Assembly (NCBI GenBank): GCA_964653435.1
Contig: CAZZFA010000002.1
Span: 604 to 64,603 of the forward strand
DNA: 64,000 nt
Direction: 5' to 3'
Source: an uncultured Planctomycetales bacterium
Lineage (GTDB): Bacteria > Planctomycetota > Phycisphaerae > UBA1845 > PWPN01
Shown: positions 55,146 through 63,882 of the stretch, one piece after another
How positions within the stretch are numbered: the first letter of the stretch is position 1
Layout: the number at the start of each line of letters is the position of its first letter
The notes under the pieces: generated by a model
Database searches by the model: none
What the model saw: only the letters and a program-made list of their open reading frames with translations
Told to the model about the DNA's origin: nothing
Translations under genes and position numbers: made by a program

Positions 55146-56957
55146 TTACGAGAAGACCACGTAGAGGGCCACCATCGTTACGAACAGCAGGGCGGCGAGG
55201 AATCGGTAATTGCCGATGCCGCGCCAGGCCGGGCCGCGCAGGGCCTCGAGCGGGTTGTTCCAGACGAGCCCGCGGCCCGGATGATCCGCCGGCGACGGCC
55301 GCAGGAGCGACACCGCCACCAGTACGCCCGAGGAGATGACAAAGAGGTAGAAGGCCGCCAGCATGAAGTTGACGGACCATCCCGTGGATTCCTTGAACCA
55401 GTCGAGCAGGAAGACCGTCAGGCCCAGGAGCGAGCCGACGACCAGCGTGGCGAACGCCCCGGCCGACGAGGCCCGGCGCCAGAACACGCCCCACAGGAAG
55501 ACCACCGTGATCGGCGGCGCGATGTAGCAGATGAGCGAGTTCGACCCCTTGTAGATGTTCTCGAAACGGGCGATGGCCGGCGTCCAGACGATGGCGACGA
55601 GCATGGCGATGAACGTCACCCACCGGCCGAGCGTGACGAGGGCGTGGTCGGACACGCCCGGGCGCCATTGCCGGTAGATGTCGTAGCAGAAGAGCGTGGC
55701 GATCGAGTTGAGCGCGCCGGACACCGTGCTCATCAGCGCCGCCAGCAGCGCTGCCGCGACGATCCCCTTCAGGCCGACCGGCAACAGGTGCAGGATCATG
55801 TGCGCGTAGATGTCTTCCGATTTGTCGCGGACCAGCCCGAGGCCGGCGAGCGACGCCACCGCTTCCTTCACGGTCCCGGCGGCCAGGTGCGTCTGTTGCG
55901 CGATTTCGGCGGGCGTGATCGCCCGTCGCGCCGTCGTTCCGGCGGCGGCGACGGCATCGAGGACCTTCCGCTCGGCGGGCGTGAGCGTCCGCACCCCGGC
56001 GGGCCGGGTCTGCGGCTCGACGATCGGCAGCGGCGGAAGCTTGCCCTGGTGGATCAGTCCGAGCGCGATCGTACCGGGCATGATGAAGATGAACATGGGC
56101 AGGATCTTGATGAAGCCCGCGAAGAGCGGCCCGACGCGGGCGTGGTTCTCGTCCCGGGCGCCGAGGACGCGCTGCACGATCGTCTGGTCCGCGCACCAGT
56201 ACCACAGGCCGATGACCGGATAGCCCAGGAGCACGGCGTACCAGGGCAGTTCCGGCAGCTCGGACGCCGTGCGCAGGACGGTCAGGTTCACCGGGTCCAC
56301 GCTGCCGGCCAGACCGCCCCAGCCGCCGACCTTCCAGTAGCCGATCAGCGTGATCGCGATCGCGCCGCCCAGGAGAATGATCGTCTGGAGCGATTCGGTC
56401 AGCACGACCGCCAGCAGGCCGCCGACGATCGTGTAGAGGCCCGTGAGCAGCGAGATCCCGATGACGCTGGTCATCGTGTGGATGCCGAACATCTCGCGGA
56501 GGACGATCGCGCCGGTGTACAGCGAAAAGCCGATGTGGATGAAGATGGCGGAGATGATCGAAAGCAGGGCAAGCCAGTTGCGGCTGGCGCGGCCGTAGCG
56601 CTTCTCCAGGAAATCCGGAAGCGTCGCGACGCCCGAACGCAGGTAGAAGGGCGCAAAGAAGAGTGCGAGGCAGATCAGCGTGAACGGCGCCATCCACTCG
56701 AAGCTGCCGTAGGCCAGGCCGCTCAGATACCCGACCTGTGCCTGGCTGACGAGGTGGATCGTCGAGATGTTCGTCGAGAAGAGCGCCAGGCCGATGATCG
56801 GCCAGGTCAGCGTCCCGCCGGCCAGGAAGTACCGTTTGCCTTCGGAGCCGCGCCGCCGGTGCAGGCCCGCGAAGCACCCGAGGCCGATGATCACGACGAA
56901 GTAGAGGACGATGATGGCAAGGTCGAGTCGACCGATCGATACCTGCATCGCAAGCAT
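55146..56957 (-). CDS. Sodium:solute symporter (SSS) family transporter with ~75-aa helical insert
   Basis: 603 aa. 'YFLAGGTLTWPIIGLALFSTNIS' and 'LPVGLKGIVAAALLAALMSTVSGALNS' are SSS signatures. The insert is at aa ~305-382 (see findings). Confidence 0.9.
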   Translation of the reverse strand: MLAMQVSIGRLDLAIIVLYFVVIIGLGCFAGLHRRRGSEGKRYFLAGGTLTWPIIGLALFSTNISTIHLVSQAQVGYLSGLAYGSFEWMAPFTLICLALFFAPFYLRSGVATLPDFLEKRYGRASRNWLALLSIISAIFIHIGFSLYTGAIVLREMFGIHTMTSVIGISLLTGLYTIVGGLLAVVLTESLQTIILLGGAIAITLIGYWKVGGWGGLAGSVDPVNLTVLRTASELPELPWYAVLLGYPVIGLWYWCADQTIVQRVLGARDENHARVGPLFAGFIKILPMFIFIMPGTIALGLIHQGKLPPLPIVEPQTRPAGVRTLTPAERKVLDAVAAAGTTARRAITPAEIAQQTHLAAGTVKEAVASLAGLGLVRDKSEDIYAHMILHLLPVGLKGIVAAALLAALMSTVSGALNSIATLFCYDIYRQWRPGVSDHALVTLGRWVTFIAMLVAIVWTPAIARFENIYKGSNSLICYIAPPITVVFLWGVFWRRASSAGAFATLVVGSLLGLTVFLLDWFKESTGWSVNFMLAAFYLFVISSGVLVAVSLLRPSPADHPGRGLVWNNPLEALRGPAWRGIGNYRFLAALLFVTMVALYVVFS

Positions 56958-56997
56958 GAGAGAGGATTCCCCCTCGGCCCGGCGCGCCGCGCGGAAC

Positions 56998-57426
56998 TCA
57001 GTCCATGTGGAACACTTCCTCCGCCGTCGCCCACCATTCGCCCCGTCCGCGGACGGGCAGCGGCGTCTGCATCGGGTCGGTATGCTTCCACCATTCCTGC
57101 ATGACCGGGTACGTCTTCATCTTCGCCCAGTCGGCTTTCATGTCCCGGCCGGTGTACTCGAAGTATCCGAAGAGCAGGTACCGGTCCGGCTCGATCTCCT
57201 TCAGGTAGATCGAGAAGTTGCGGATATTGCATTCGCGGGTCGCCTGAATCACCCCGGGCCAGGTGTTCGCGTGCAGGCGCTTGTACTCCGGTATGCACTC
57301 TTTCTTCACGCCGATCACCATGCCGCAACGCTGCACCCGCGGGGGCGCCTCGGCGCAGCCCGCCGCCGGCGGCATGCAGGCGGCGGTTGCGGCGAACAGC
57401 GGAACAAGATGGCGGACGCGCTTCAT
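56998..57426 (-). CDS. rhaM: L-rhamnose mutarotase family protein with N-terminal signal/lipobox-like extension
   Basis: 142 aa. 'EYKRLHANTWPGV', 'NFSIYL', 'LFGYFEYTG' and 'GEWWATAEEVFHMD' match the RhaM family. ATG 57426 has GGAG upstream. The internal ATG 57321 would give the canonical ~107 aa form. Confidence 0.8.
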   Translation of the reverse strand: MKRVRHLVPLFAATAACMPPAAGCAEAPPRVQRCGMVIGVKKECIPEYKRLHANTWPGVIQATRECNIRNFSIYLKEIEPDRYLLFGYFEYTGRDMKADWAKMKTYPVMQEWWKHTDPMQTPLPVRGRGEWWATAEEVFHMD

Positions 57427-57487
57427 GACGTTGACTCCGTTCGGGCGGCGGTGAGGTCCTCGTCGGCGATCCGGACTCCCTTCGGCG

Positions 57488-57703
57488 TTACCGCTTTCGA
57501 GGCCAGCTTCGTATCGTGAAGATCGCGCCGATGACGATCAGCAGCAGGCCCCACCAGAGGCCGGCGTGCGGATAGGGCAGTCTGGCGAGCTGCGGCGACG
57601 GATGGCAGTACCCGTAGACGCTGCCGCCGAAGATCAGCACGCCGTAGACCACGAGCAGCAGCCCGATGAACCACCAGATCGGTACCTGACGTTCGCTTTC
57701 CAT
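57488..57703 (-). CDS. Small two-TM membrane protein
   Basis: 71 aa, with two hydrophobic helices ('IWWFIGLLLVVYGVLIFGG' and 'LWWGLLLIVIGAIFTI'). GAGG lies upstream of the ATG. It sits immediately downstream of an SSS transporter gene. Confidence 0.6.
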   Translation of the reverse strand: MESERQVPIWWFIGLLLVVYGVLIFGGSVYGYCHPSPQLARLPYPHAGLWWGLLLIVIGAIFTIRSWPRKR

Positions 57704-57772
57704 GTCTGCCTCACTGCAGGGTCGCGAGCACTCCTGCCTCTTGCTCCCCGCCCCCGCGCACGGGGGGAGGGT

Positions 57773-59959
57773 TCACCAGAAGATCACATTCACCGCGATC
57801 AGGACCAGCCCGATGACGCTTGCCCAGAACGTGGGCTTCTTGTAGAGCGGGCACGGACCTTCGTCCGGCAGCGGCGTCATGCCGTACACCAGGTTCGTCA
57901 GCTCGGCGTCCGGCTTGGGCGTGCCGAACAGGCTGACCAGAATGATCGTGCCGATGGTCAGCACGAGCGACCAGATGGCACTGAACATGTTCACCGCCAT
58001 GTCCTGAGCCTTCGGCGACGTGGCGAGAATCTCGGCGTGGCGGGGGTTGATCTGGGTGGCCTCGAGCCGCCGTACCGGTGCGAGTTCTCCGACGAACGCC
58101 GCGTTGAGCAGGGCCCGGTTGACGCGTGCCAGGGCCGGACCCTGCGGCCGGCCTTCCGCCCGGGCGCGGAGGTCGTCGGGAAGTGCGACGTCGGCGAAGC
58201 GGGCGGGGGCATACAGTTCCGGATCGGCGAGGAGCCTGTTCAGATCGTCGATGAGGGCGATCTTCAGCTTCTGCGTGGTGGGGGTGTCCTCCTGCATCGC
58301 GGCGGACAGCCTGCCGAACAGCGACGCGGGCGCCTGGGCGGCCGCCGCCTCTTTCTCATACTCTTTCAGGAGTCCGGTCGTGGTGGGCGAGAGGCGCGAC
58401 GCGATGTACTGATCGACGGCCCCGCGGGGGCTTTCGAGCCGGGCCGCGATCGCCGGCAGATTCTTCAGATCCTTGCTGAGCAGCCGCGTGTATCCGTCCG
58501 GGAACCAGTGGGCGAACAGGAACATGGCCACCGAGGCGAGCGTGCCGAGCAGCAGGCCGCAGAATCCCGCCCGGGGCGTGGCCTGCTTCCAGAGCATGCC
58601 CATGATCACCGCCCCGAACAGCGGGACGATGAAGAACAGCACGAGCACCTGGAGGTAGATCAGGATGTTGCTGAAGAGCATGGCCGCATACGCGGTGCCG
58701 ATGGCGATGATCACGCCGATGATCGAGCACCACCGCCCCATGGCGACATAATGGGCGTCGCTGGCGTTCCGGTTGAGCAGAGGGCGGTAGACGTCGTAGG
58801 TCCACACGGTCGCGAACGCGCTGACGTTGCCGGCCATGCCCGACATGAAGCCCGCGATCATCGCGGTTACGCCCAGGCCGAGCAGCCCCGGGCCGAGGTA
58901 GCGCGCCATCATCAGCGGCAGCACGTCGTTGTAGCTGTGGCCGCCGGTCATGATGGCCTCGTTCTCGGGCAGCAGCCGGATGCCGCACTTCTGCGAGAGA
59001 ATCGCCAGGCCGAGCAGTCCCGGGATCGTGACGATGAGCGGCACGAGCATCTTGAACGCCGCCCCGATCAGCGTCCCGTTCTGGGCGTCGCGGAGGCTGC
59101 GGGCCGTCAGGACGCGCTGCACCTGAAGGAAGTCCGTGCACCAGTATCCGCACGAGACCGCAATCGCGAAGCCGAAGACGATGCCCGACCAGTGCATCCC
59201 CATCGGGTTGTCCGAGGCCGAGCCCATGTTCGCCCAGAGGCTCGTGTAATCGCTGCCGGGGTTCGCCTCGTTGATCCGGGCCATCATGCCGCTCCATCCC
59301 CCGGCCTCGATCAGCCCGAGGATCGGCACGAGCAGCGTGCCGAGCCAGATGAGGAAGAACTGAAGGACTTCATTCAGGACGGCGGAGAGCAGACCGCCGA
59401 GGGCGACGTAGATGGCCACCGTGATCGACGAGACCCAGATGCTCGCGTGGATGTTCCAGTGCAGCAGCAGATGCAGCATCTTCGCCATGGCGAACATGTT
59501 CACGCCGCAGACCAGCACCGTCATGACCGTGAATGAAAGCCCCGCCAGCACGCGCGAGTCCTCGCCGTAGCGCAGGCTCAGATAGCCCGGCACGGAATGG
59601 GTCCGGCAGATGTAGTAGAACGGCATCATCACCACCGCGAGAAACAGGATCGCCGGAATCGCGCCGATGAGATAGGCGTGCGCGCCGAGCATCCCGTACT
59701 GATACGCCGTCGCCGACCACCCCATCGTCTCGAGCGAGCTGAGGTTCGCCGAGATGAAGCTCAGGCCGGCGATCCACGCCGTCATTTTGCGCCCGGCCAT
59801 GAAGAACTCGTCGCCGGTGGTGGCGAACTTCCTCAGGTAGAAACCGATGCCCAGGACCACCGCGAAGTAGATCACGATGACGGCGACGTCGAGCGGCGAG
59901 AGCGACAGCAGCGGAGTAGCGGCGTTTCCCGCGACCGCCAGCAAAGACATGTGCGACAC
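57773..59959 (-). CDS. Sodium:solute symporter (SSS) family transporter with long soluble insert
   Basis: 728 aa. 'EFFMAGRKMTAWIAGLSFISANLSS' and the C-terminal 'SPKAQDMAVNMFSAIWSLVL...LVYGMT' are typical of SGLT-like bacterial SSS. The insert is at aa ~486-652. Confidence 0.9.
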   Translation of the reverse strand: MSHMSLLAVAGNAATPLLSLSPLDVAVIVIYFAVVLGIGFYLRKFATTGDEFFMAGRKMTAWIAGLSFISANLSSLETMGWSATAYQYGMLGAHAYLIGAIPAILFLAVVMMPFYYICRTHSVPGYLSLRYGEDSRVLAGLSFTVMTVLVCGVNMFAMAKMLHLLLHWNIHASIWVSSITVAIYVALGGLLSAVLNEVLQFFLIWLGTLLVPILGLIEAGGWSGMMARINEANPGSDYTSLWANMGSASDNPMGMHWSGIVFGFAIAVSCGYWCTDFLQVQRVLTARSLRDAQNGTLIGAAFKMLVPLIVTIPGLLGLAILSQKCGIRLLPENEAIMTGGHSYNDVLPLMMARYLGPGLLGLGVTAMIAGFMSGMAGNVSAFATVWTYDVYRPLLNRNASDAHYVAMGRWCSIIGVIIAIGTAYAAMLFSNILIYLQVLVLFFIVPLFGAVIMGMLWKQATPRAGFCGLLLGTLASVAMFLFAHWFPDGYTRLLSKDLKNLPAIAARLESPRGAVDQYIASRLSPTTTGLLKEYEKEAAAAQAPASLFGRLSAAMQEDTPTTQKLKIALIDDLNRLLADPELYAPARFADVALPDDLRARAEGRPQGPALARVNRALLNAAFVGELAPVRRLEATQINPRHAEILATSPKAQDMAVNMFSAIWSLVLTIGTIILVSLFGTPKPDAELTNLVYGMTPLPDEGPCPLYKKPTFWASVIGLVLIAVNVIFW

Positions 59960-59973
59960 GACAAACCTCCACG

Positions 59974-61272
59974 TTATTGCAGGTACTTTCCGATCGGCGG
60001 CGACAGAAGCTCGCGGATCCGCGGCTCGTTCCGGTTCTCCGGCGTCGCGACTTCCGAGCCGGTGTCGATCCTCGTCCTGACCTTCTCTCCGCGCAGGTAC
60101 GCCGCGAGCGTCCGTACCGCCGTATAGCCCATGTGCAGGGGATCCTGCACGACCAGCCCGTGCAGTTCCCCGCGCTCCAGCGCCTGAATCAGCTTCTCCG
60201 AGCTGTCAAAGCCGACGAACTTCACCTTGCCCGCCCGGCCGGACGCCTGCAGCGCCCGCAGCATGCCGAACGTCGTCGACTCGTTCGGGCAGAAGATTCC
60301 GTCGAGCTTCGCAAAGCGGCTCAGCAGATTCTCGGCCTTGGCGTAGGCCGACTCCGCCGTCGCCCCGCCGTACTGGTCCGACGAGACAATCCGGATTTCC
60401 GGAAACTCCTTTGCCATCACGTCGAGAAACCCCTGCTCCCGCCGCGTCGTGCTCAGGAAGCCGACCTGGCAGCGGAGAAGCAGCACGTCGCCCCGGCCGC
60501 CAAGAATCTCACCGAGACGGCGCGCGCCCTTCTGCCCTCCGACGTAGTTGTCCGTCGCGACGAGGCTCGCGTAATCCTCGCAGACCCGGCCGTTCAGGTC
60601 GGTGTCGGCCACCACCACGCCGATGCCCGCCTGCGATGCCGCCCGCACGGGCTTGAGCAGCGCCACGTTGTCCGTCGGGGCCAGCACGATGCCCGAGACG
60701 CCGGCGTTGATGAAGTTCTCGACAATGTTGATCTGCGCCTCGCGGTCGCCTTCCTTGAGCGGCGCCTTCCAGATGATCTGCACGCCCGGAATCTCGAGCT
60801 CCGCCTTGACCGCGCCGGCGTGGATGGACTTCCAGAACTCGTGTGTCGCCCCCATCGGCACGACCGCGATCCGCAGCGACGCCGGGTTCGCCACGGGTTT
60901 CCGTTGACATTCGCCGGCCGCCGAGTCGGCCGCCGGCCCGCTGACGGCGTTACCTGCGCCCGTCGGGGCGCCCGGCGGAGTGGCCGCCGGCGGCGCGGTC
61001 TTGTCGGGGGACCGTCCGTCGCACCCGCCCAACGCAAGAACGAGGGCCAGAGCCAGAGCGCCCCGCGCTGTTTTCGGCCGGCGAGCCTCGTGGGTTTGCT
61101 GCTCCCTATCGGGGCTTCTGCACCCCGCTTCGTCGGAACCTGCGTGCCTTACTCTCCGAACAGGGCTTGCCGGATGCACGCCTCCCGTGGCACGGCCGTC
61201 TCGCCTCCGGAGCCCGGCCGATACGCATCGCTCATTTCGCAATCGGGATTCGGTATTCCGCACGTTCGTCAT
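59974..61272 (-). CDS. Sugar ABC transporter substrate-binding lipoprotein (RbsB-like periplasmic binding fold)
   Basis: 432 aa ORF. Lipobox-like 'ALALALVLALGGC' at aa ~72-84. 'LRIAVVPMGATHEFWKSIHAG...NAGVSGIVLAP...VVVADTDL' is typical of type I PBPs. The start is uncertain because there is no ATG/GTG/TTG close to the signal peptide. Confidence 0.85.
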   Translation of the reverse strand: MTNVRNTESRLRNERCVSAGLRRRDGRATGGVHPASPVRRVRHAGSDEAGCRSPDREQQTHEARRPKTARGALALALVLALGGCDGRSPDKTAPPAATPPGAPTGAGNAVSGPAADSAAGECQRKPVANPASLRIAVVPMGATHEFWKSIHAGAVKAELEIPGVQIIWKAPLKEGDREAQINIVENFINAGVSGIVLAPTDNVALLKPVRAASQAGIGVVVADTDLNGRVCEDYASLVATDNYVGGQKGARRLGEILGGRGDVLLLRCQVGFLSTTRREQGFLDVMAKEFPEIRIVSSDQYGGATAESAYAKAENLLSRFAKLDGIFCPNESTTFGMLRALQASGRAGKVKFVGFDSSEKLIQALERGELHGLVVQDPLHMGYTAVRTLAAYLRGEKVRTRIDTGSEVATPENRNEPRIRELLSPPIGKYLQ

Positions 61273-62087
61273 GCCCCCAGCTCCCGCGCCCGCTGAAAGG
61301 CCGCCTTCACCGCATCGCGAATTGCACGGCCGACGCCGGCCTTGTCCATGTACTCGATCGCTGCCTGCGTCGTGCCGCCTTTGCTGGTGACCTTCCGCCG
61401 CAGTTCGGCGGGCGGCTCGCCCGTCTCGATCATCATTCGCGCGGCGCCCAGGCAGGCGTGCTCGGCCAGTGTGAGGGCGTCGGTCGGCGAGAGGCCGACC
61501 TCGGTACCCGCAGCCGCCATCGCCTCGACGACGTAGTAGAAGTACGCCGGCCCCGAGCCCGACACCGCCGTGACCGCGTCGATGTGCGACTCGTCCTGTA
61601 CGACGATGCTCTGCCCCCCGGCGTTGAAGATCCGCCGCACGAGCTCAATATCGCCCGGCGTGGCATGCTCGCCGCCGAAGATGCCGGCAACGCCCGCGCC
61701 AAGCCGGATCGGCAGGTTCGGCATCACGCGAATGACGCGCCGCCGGCCTGCGCCGAGTGCGGCGGCGATCCGTTTCGTGCCGAGCCCGGCCATGATCGAG
61801 ATAACGAGGTGGTCCGCCGTAATCGCATCCGCAAAGCCCCGCGCGGCCTCGTCAAACGCCTGCGGCTTGACGGCCAGCATGACGCATCGCGATTCGGACG
61901 CGGCGCGGCGGTTGTCGTCGGTGACCGCGACCCCGAAGTGTTGTGCGAAGTACTGCCGGCGTGCTTCGACCGGATCGGAAACGATGATCTGCCCGGCGGC
62001 GAGCACGTTGTGCCGAAGCGCGCCCGCGACGATGCCTTCGGCCATGTTGCCCGCGCCGATCACGCCAAGTTCAAACCGGCTTGCCAT
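61269..62087 (-). CDS. proC: Pyrroline-5-carboxylate reductase
   Basis: In ORF 61269..62171. ATG 62087 gives 'MASRFELGVIGAGNMAEGIV'. 'AVKPQ', 'VIRVMPNLP' and 'SGSGPAYFYYVVEAM...TSKGGTTQAAI' are ProC signatures. Confidence 0.95.
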   Translation of the reverse strand: MASRFELGVIGAGNMAEGIVAGALRHNVLAAGQIIVSDPVEARRQYFAQHFGVAVTDDNRRAASESRCVMLAVKPQAFDEAARGFADAITADHLVISIMAGLGTKRIAAALGAGRRRVIRVMPNLPIRLGAGVAGIFGGEHATPGDIELVRRIFNAGGQSIVVQDESHIDAVTAVSGSGPAYFYYVVEAMAAAGTEVGLSPTDALTLAEHACLGAARMMIETGEPPAELRRKVTSKGGTTQAAIEYMDKAGVGRAIRDAVKAAFQRARELGA

Positions 62088-62359
62088 GAATGCGAGCCTC
62101 CAAGCGCCGACAGACTGACGGCTCCTGCGCCAACCGCGGGGCATTCTAGTGCCCGGGGGCGGGTTGCACAATCAAGCGACAAGGGCACTTACCGCAGCCG
62201 CTTCCGGGTCGGCCGGCAGTCTTAACCTCCGCTTTCAGGCGGTTCAAGGGATCGTTGACGGGCGGTCGATAATAGTGGCTGGGCTGCCCGGTACGGCCAG
62301 CCCGAGGAGGGTGCGGGTCGCCTGCGGTCCCGCGCTGCGTCAGGAGCAAGGAGCGCACG

Positions 62360-62713
62360 TTGAGTACCACGACCGCTTTGCGTTCGGGCCTATCGGCTGC
62401 GGAGCAGGAGGAGCAGACCCTGCGGCGGCACCTGGACACCTGCTTGAGGGAACTGTGGGCCGACCTGCCCGCGCCCGTATGGGTAGCGGATGCCCGGGGC
62501 CGGGTCATGTACGCCAATCACACCGCTCGCGACGCGTGCAACGGGGCCGGTCTCCGCGAGGCCTCCGCGCGGATTGCGGAAGTTCTTCGAGGCGAGGCGG
62601 AGCCCCGAGGAGAAGCGGCGGCTCATCGCCGGCCGGCTATCGAGGTCTCGCCGCTGATCGACGGCTGCGGCCGCCGCATCGGCTGGCTGGCTATCGGCGC
62701 GCCGCCGGCATAG
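62360..62713 (+). CDS. Small stand-alone PAS-like protein
   Basis: 117 aa with a TTG start 7 nt after AAGGAG. 'APVWVADARGRVMYANHTARDACN' resembles the N-terminal strand region of PAS domains. No output domain. Confidence 0.5.
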   Translation: MSTTTALRSGLSAAEQEEQTLRRHLDTCLRELWADLPAPVWVADARGRVMYANHTARDACNGAGLREASARIAEVLRGEAEPRGEAAAHRRPAIEVSPLIDGCGRRIGWLAIGAPPA

Positions 62714-62990
62714 CCCACAATCATTCCTTGCCCGGCACGGCGAGGCGACACCGGCCGCATCCCCGGCCGGCACGGCGGAGTTCCAGACGTCGTTGCGCAG
62801 CTCGGCCCGCCGGCGCCCATCGATACAGCTCGCCTGGCTTGGGGGAAATAACCCGCCGCCCGCCGCGTTATACGCCATAGGACGAATGCGCCTCTTTGGA
62901 AAGGCACGACACGAGCCCCAAGCGCTTGGCGGCGGTGTCTGCAGGGCGTTTCGCATGGGATTCACTGGCGCAAAAGAAGGAGTGCTTGCA

Positions 62991-63869
62991 ATGAGAACCC
63001 GTTTATTTGGTGTCGCGATCTTGGGAATGGGTTTGCTGGTCGGCTCAGCGCTGGCGCAGGCCGCAGGGCAGGGGCGGCAGCGCGGGGAACGTCCGCGACG
63101 GGCGGGGGCGGCGGCTCCGGAAGGGCCGCAGGGGCCGCGTCGCATGACCGTGGACCAGCAGATGGAGCGGCTGACGAAGGAACTGCAGTTGAACGAGGAC
63201 CAACAGGACAAGATCCGTAAACTGCTCACCGAGCATAGCGAGAAGATGCGGGAGGCTTTCCGGTCGCGCGGCCCGGGGCAGGGGCCGGAGAACCGCACAC
63301 AGATGCGGGACCTCATGACGCAGCTTCGCGAGGCCCGGGCGGCCAAGGACGAGGCCAAGGTCAAAGAGCTGGAGGCCAAGCTTCAGGAGATGCGGGCGAA
63401 AAGTCCGATGGGCGAGGCCCGGCAGAAGCTGATGAGCGACATCGAGGCCGTACTGACGCCCGAGCAGAAGGCGAAGTTCCCGAAGGTTCGGGACGAGGTC
63501 TTCGGCCCGTGGGGTGGCCCCCCGTCGCTCGAGAGCAGCCCGGAGATGCTGATGCGGGCGGTGCATGATCCGAGCCTGAATCTCTCGAAGGACAAAGAGC
63601 AGGCGATTCGCGATCTCTTCAAGGACTGGAAAACGAAGTCCAAGCGCCTCCAGAGCGCCGAGGAAAAGAAGACGGCGGCGGCCGATTTCTACAAGAAGGT
63701 CATGGACCAACTGACCCCCGAGCAGCAGGCGAAGGTGAAGGCATGGCGGCCGGGCCCGCCGCCGGCCGGCGAGGGCGAGGGCCAGCCGGGCAATGAACGT
63801 GGCCATCGGGGTCGTCGCGGCCCGCATGGTGCCGGGACGGGGGGTACGCCCGCCGCGCCTCAGCAGTAG
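62991..63869 (+). CDS. Periplasmic LTXXQ-motif (Spy/CpxP-like) protein
   Basis: In ORF 62793..63869. ATG 62991 is preceded by GAAGGAG and gives signal peptide 'MRTRLFGVAILGMGLLVGSALAQA'. Repeated 'LNEDQQDKI', 'LTPEQKAKF' and 'LTPEQQAKV'. Confidence 0.8.
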   Translation: MRTRLFGVAILGMGLLVGSALAQAAGQGRQRGERPRRAGAAAPEGPQGPRRMTVDQQMERLTKELQLNEDQQDKIRKLLTEHSEKMREAFRSRGPGQGPENRTQMRDLMTQLREARAAKDEAKVKELEAKLQEMRAKSPMGEARQKLMSDIEAVLTPEQKAKFPKVRDEVFGPWGGPPSLESSPEMLMRAVHDPSLNLSKDKEQAIRDLFKDWKTKSKRLQSAEEKKTAAADFYKKVMDQLTPEQQAKVKAWRPGPPPAGEGEGQPGNERGHRGRRGPHGAGTGGTPAAPQQ

Positions 63870-63882
63870 GCGGTCCGTCGGT

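Noticed and set aside
53479-56877. 1132-aa ORF that looks like a giant fusion protein
   Set aside because: Only the C-terminal 508 aa (53479-55005) is a real duplicated-ABC ATPase. The upstream part is an out-of-frame read-through overlapping the genuine SSS transporter gene (55146-56957) on the same strand.
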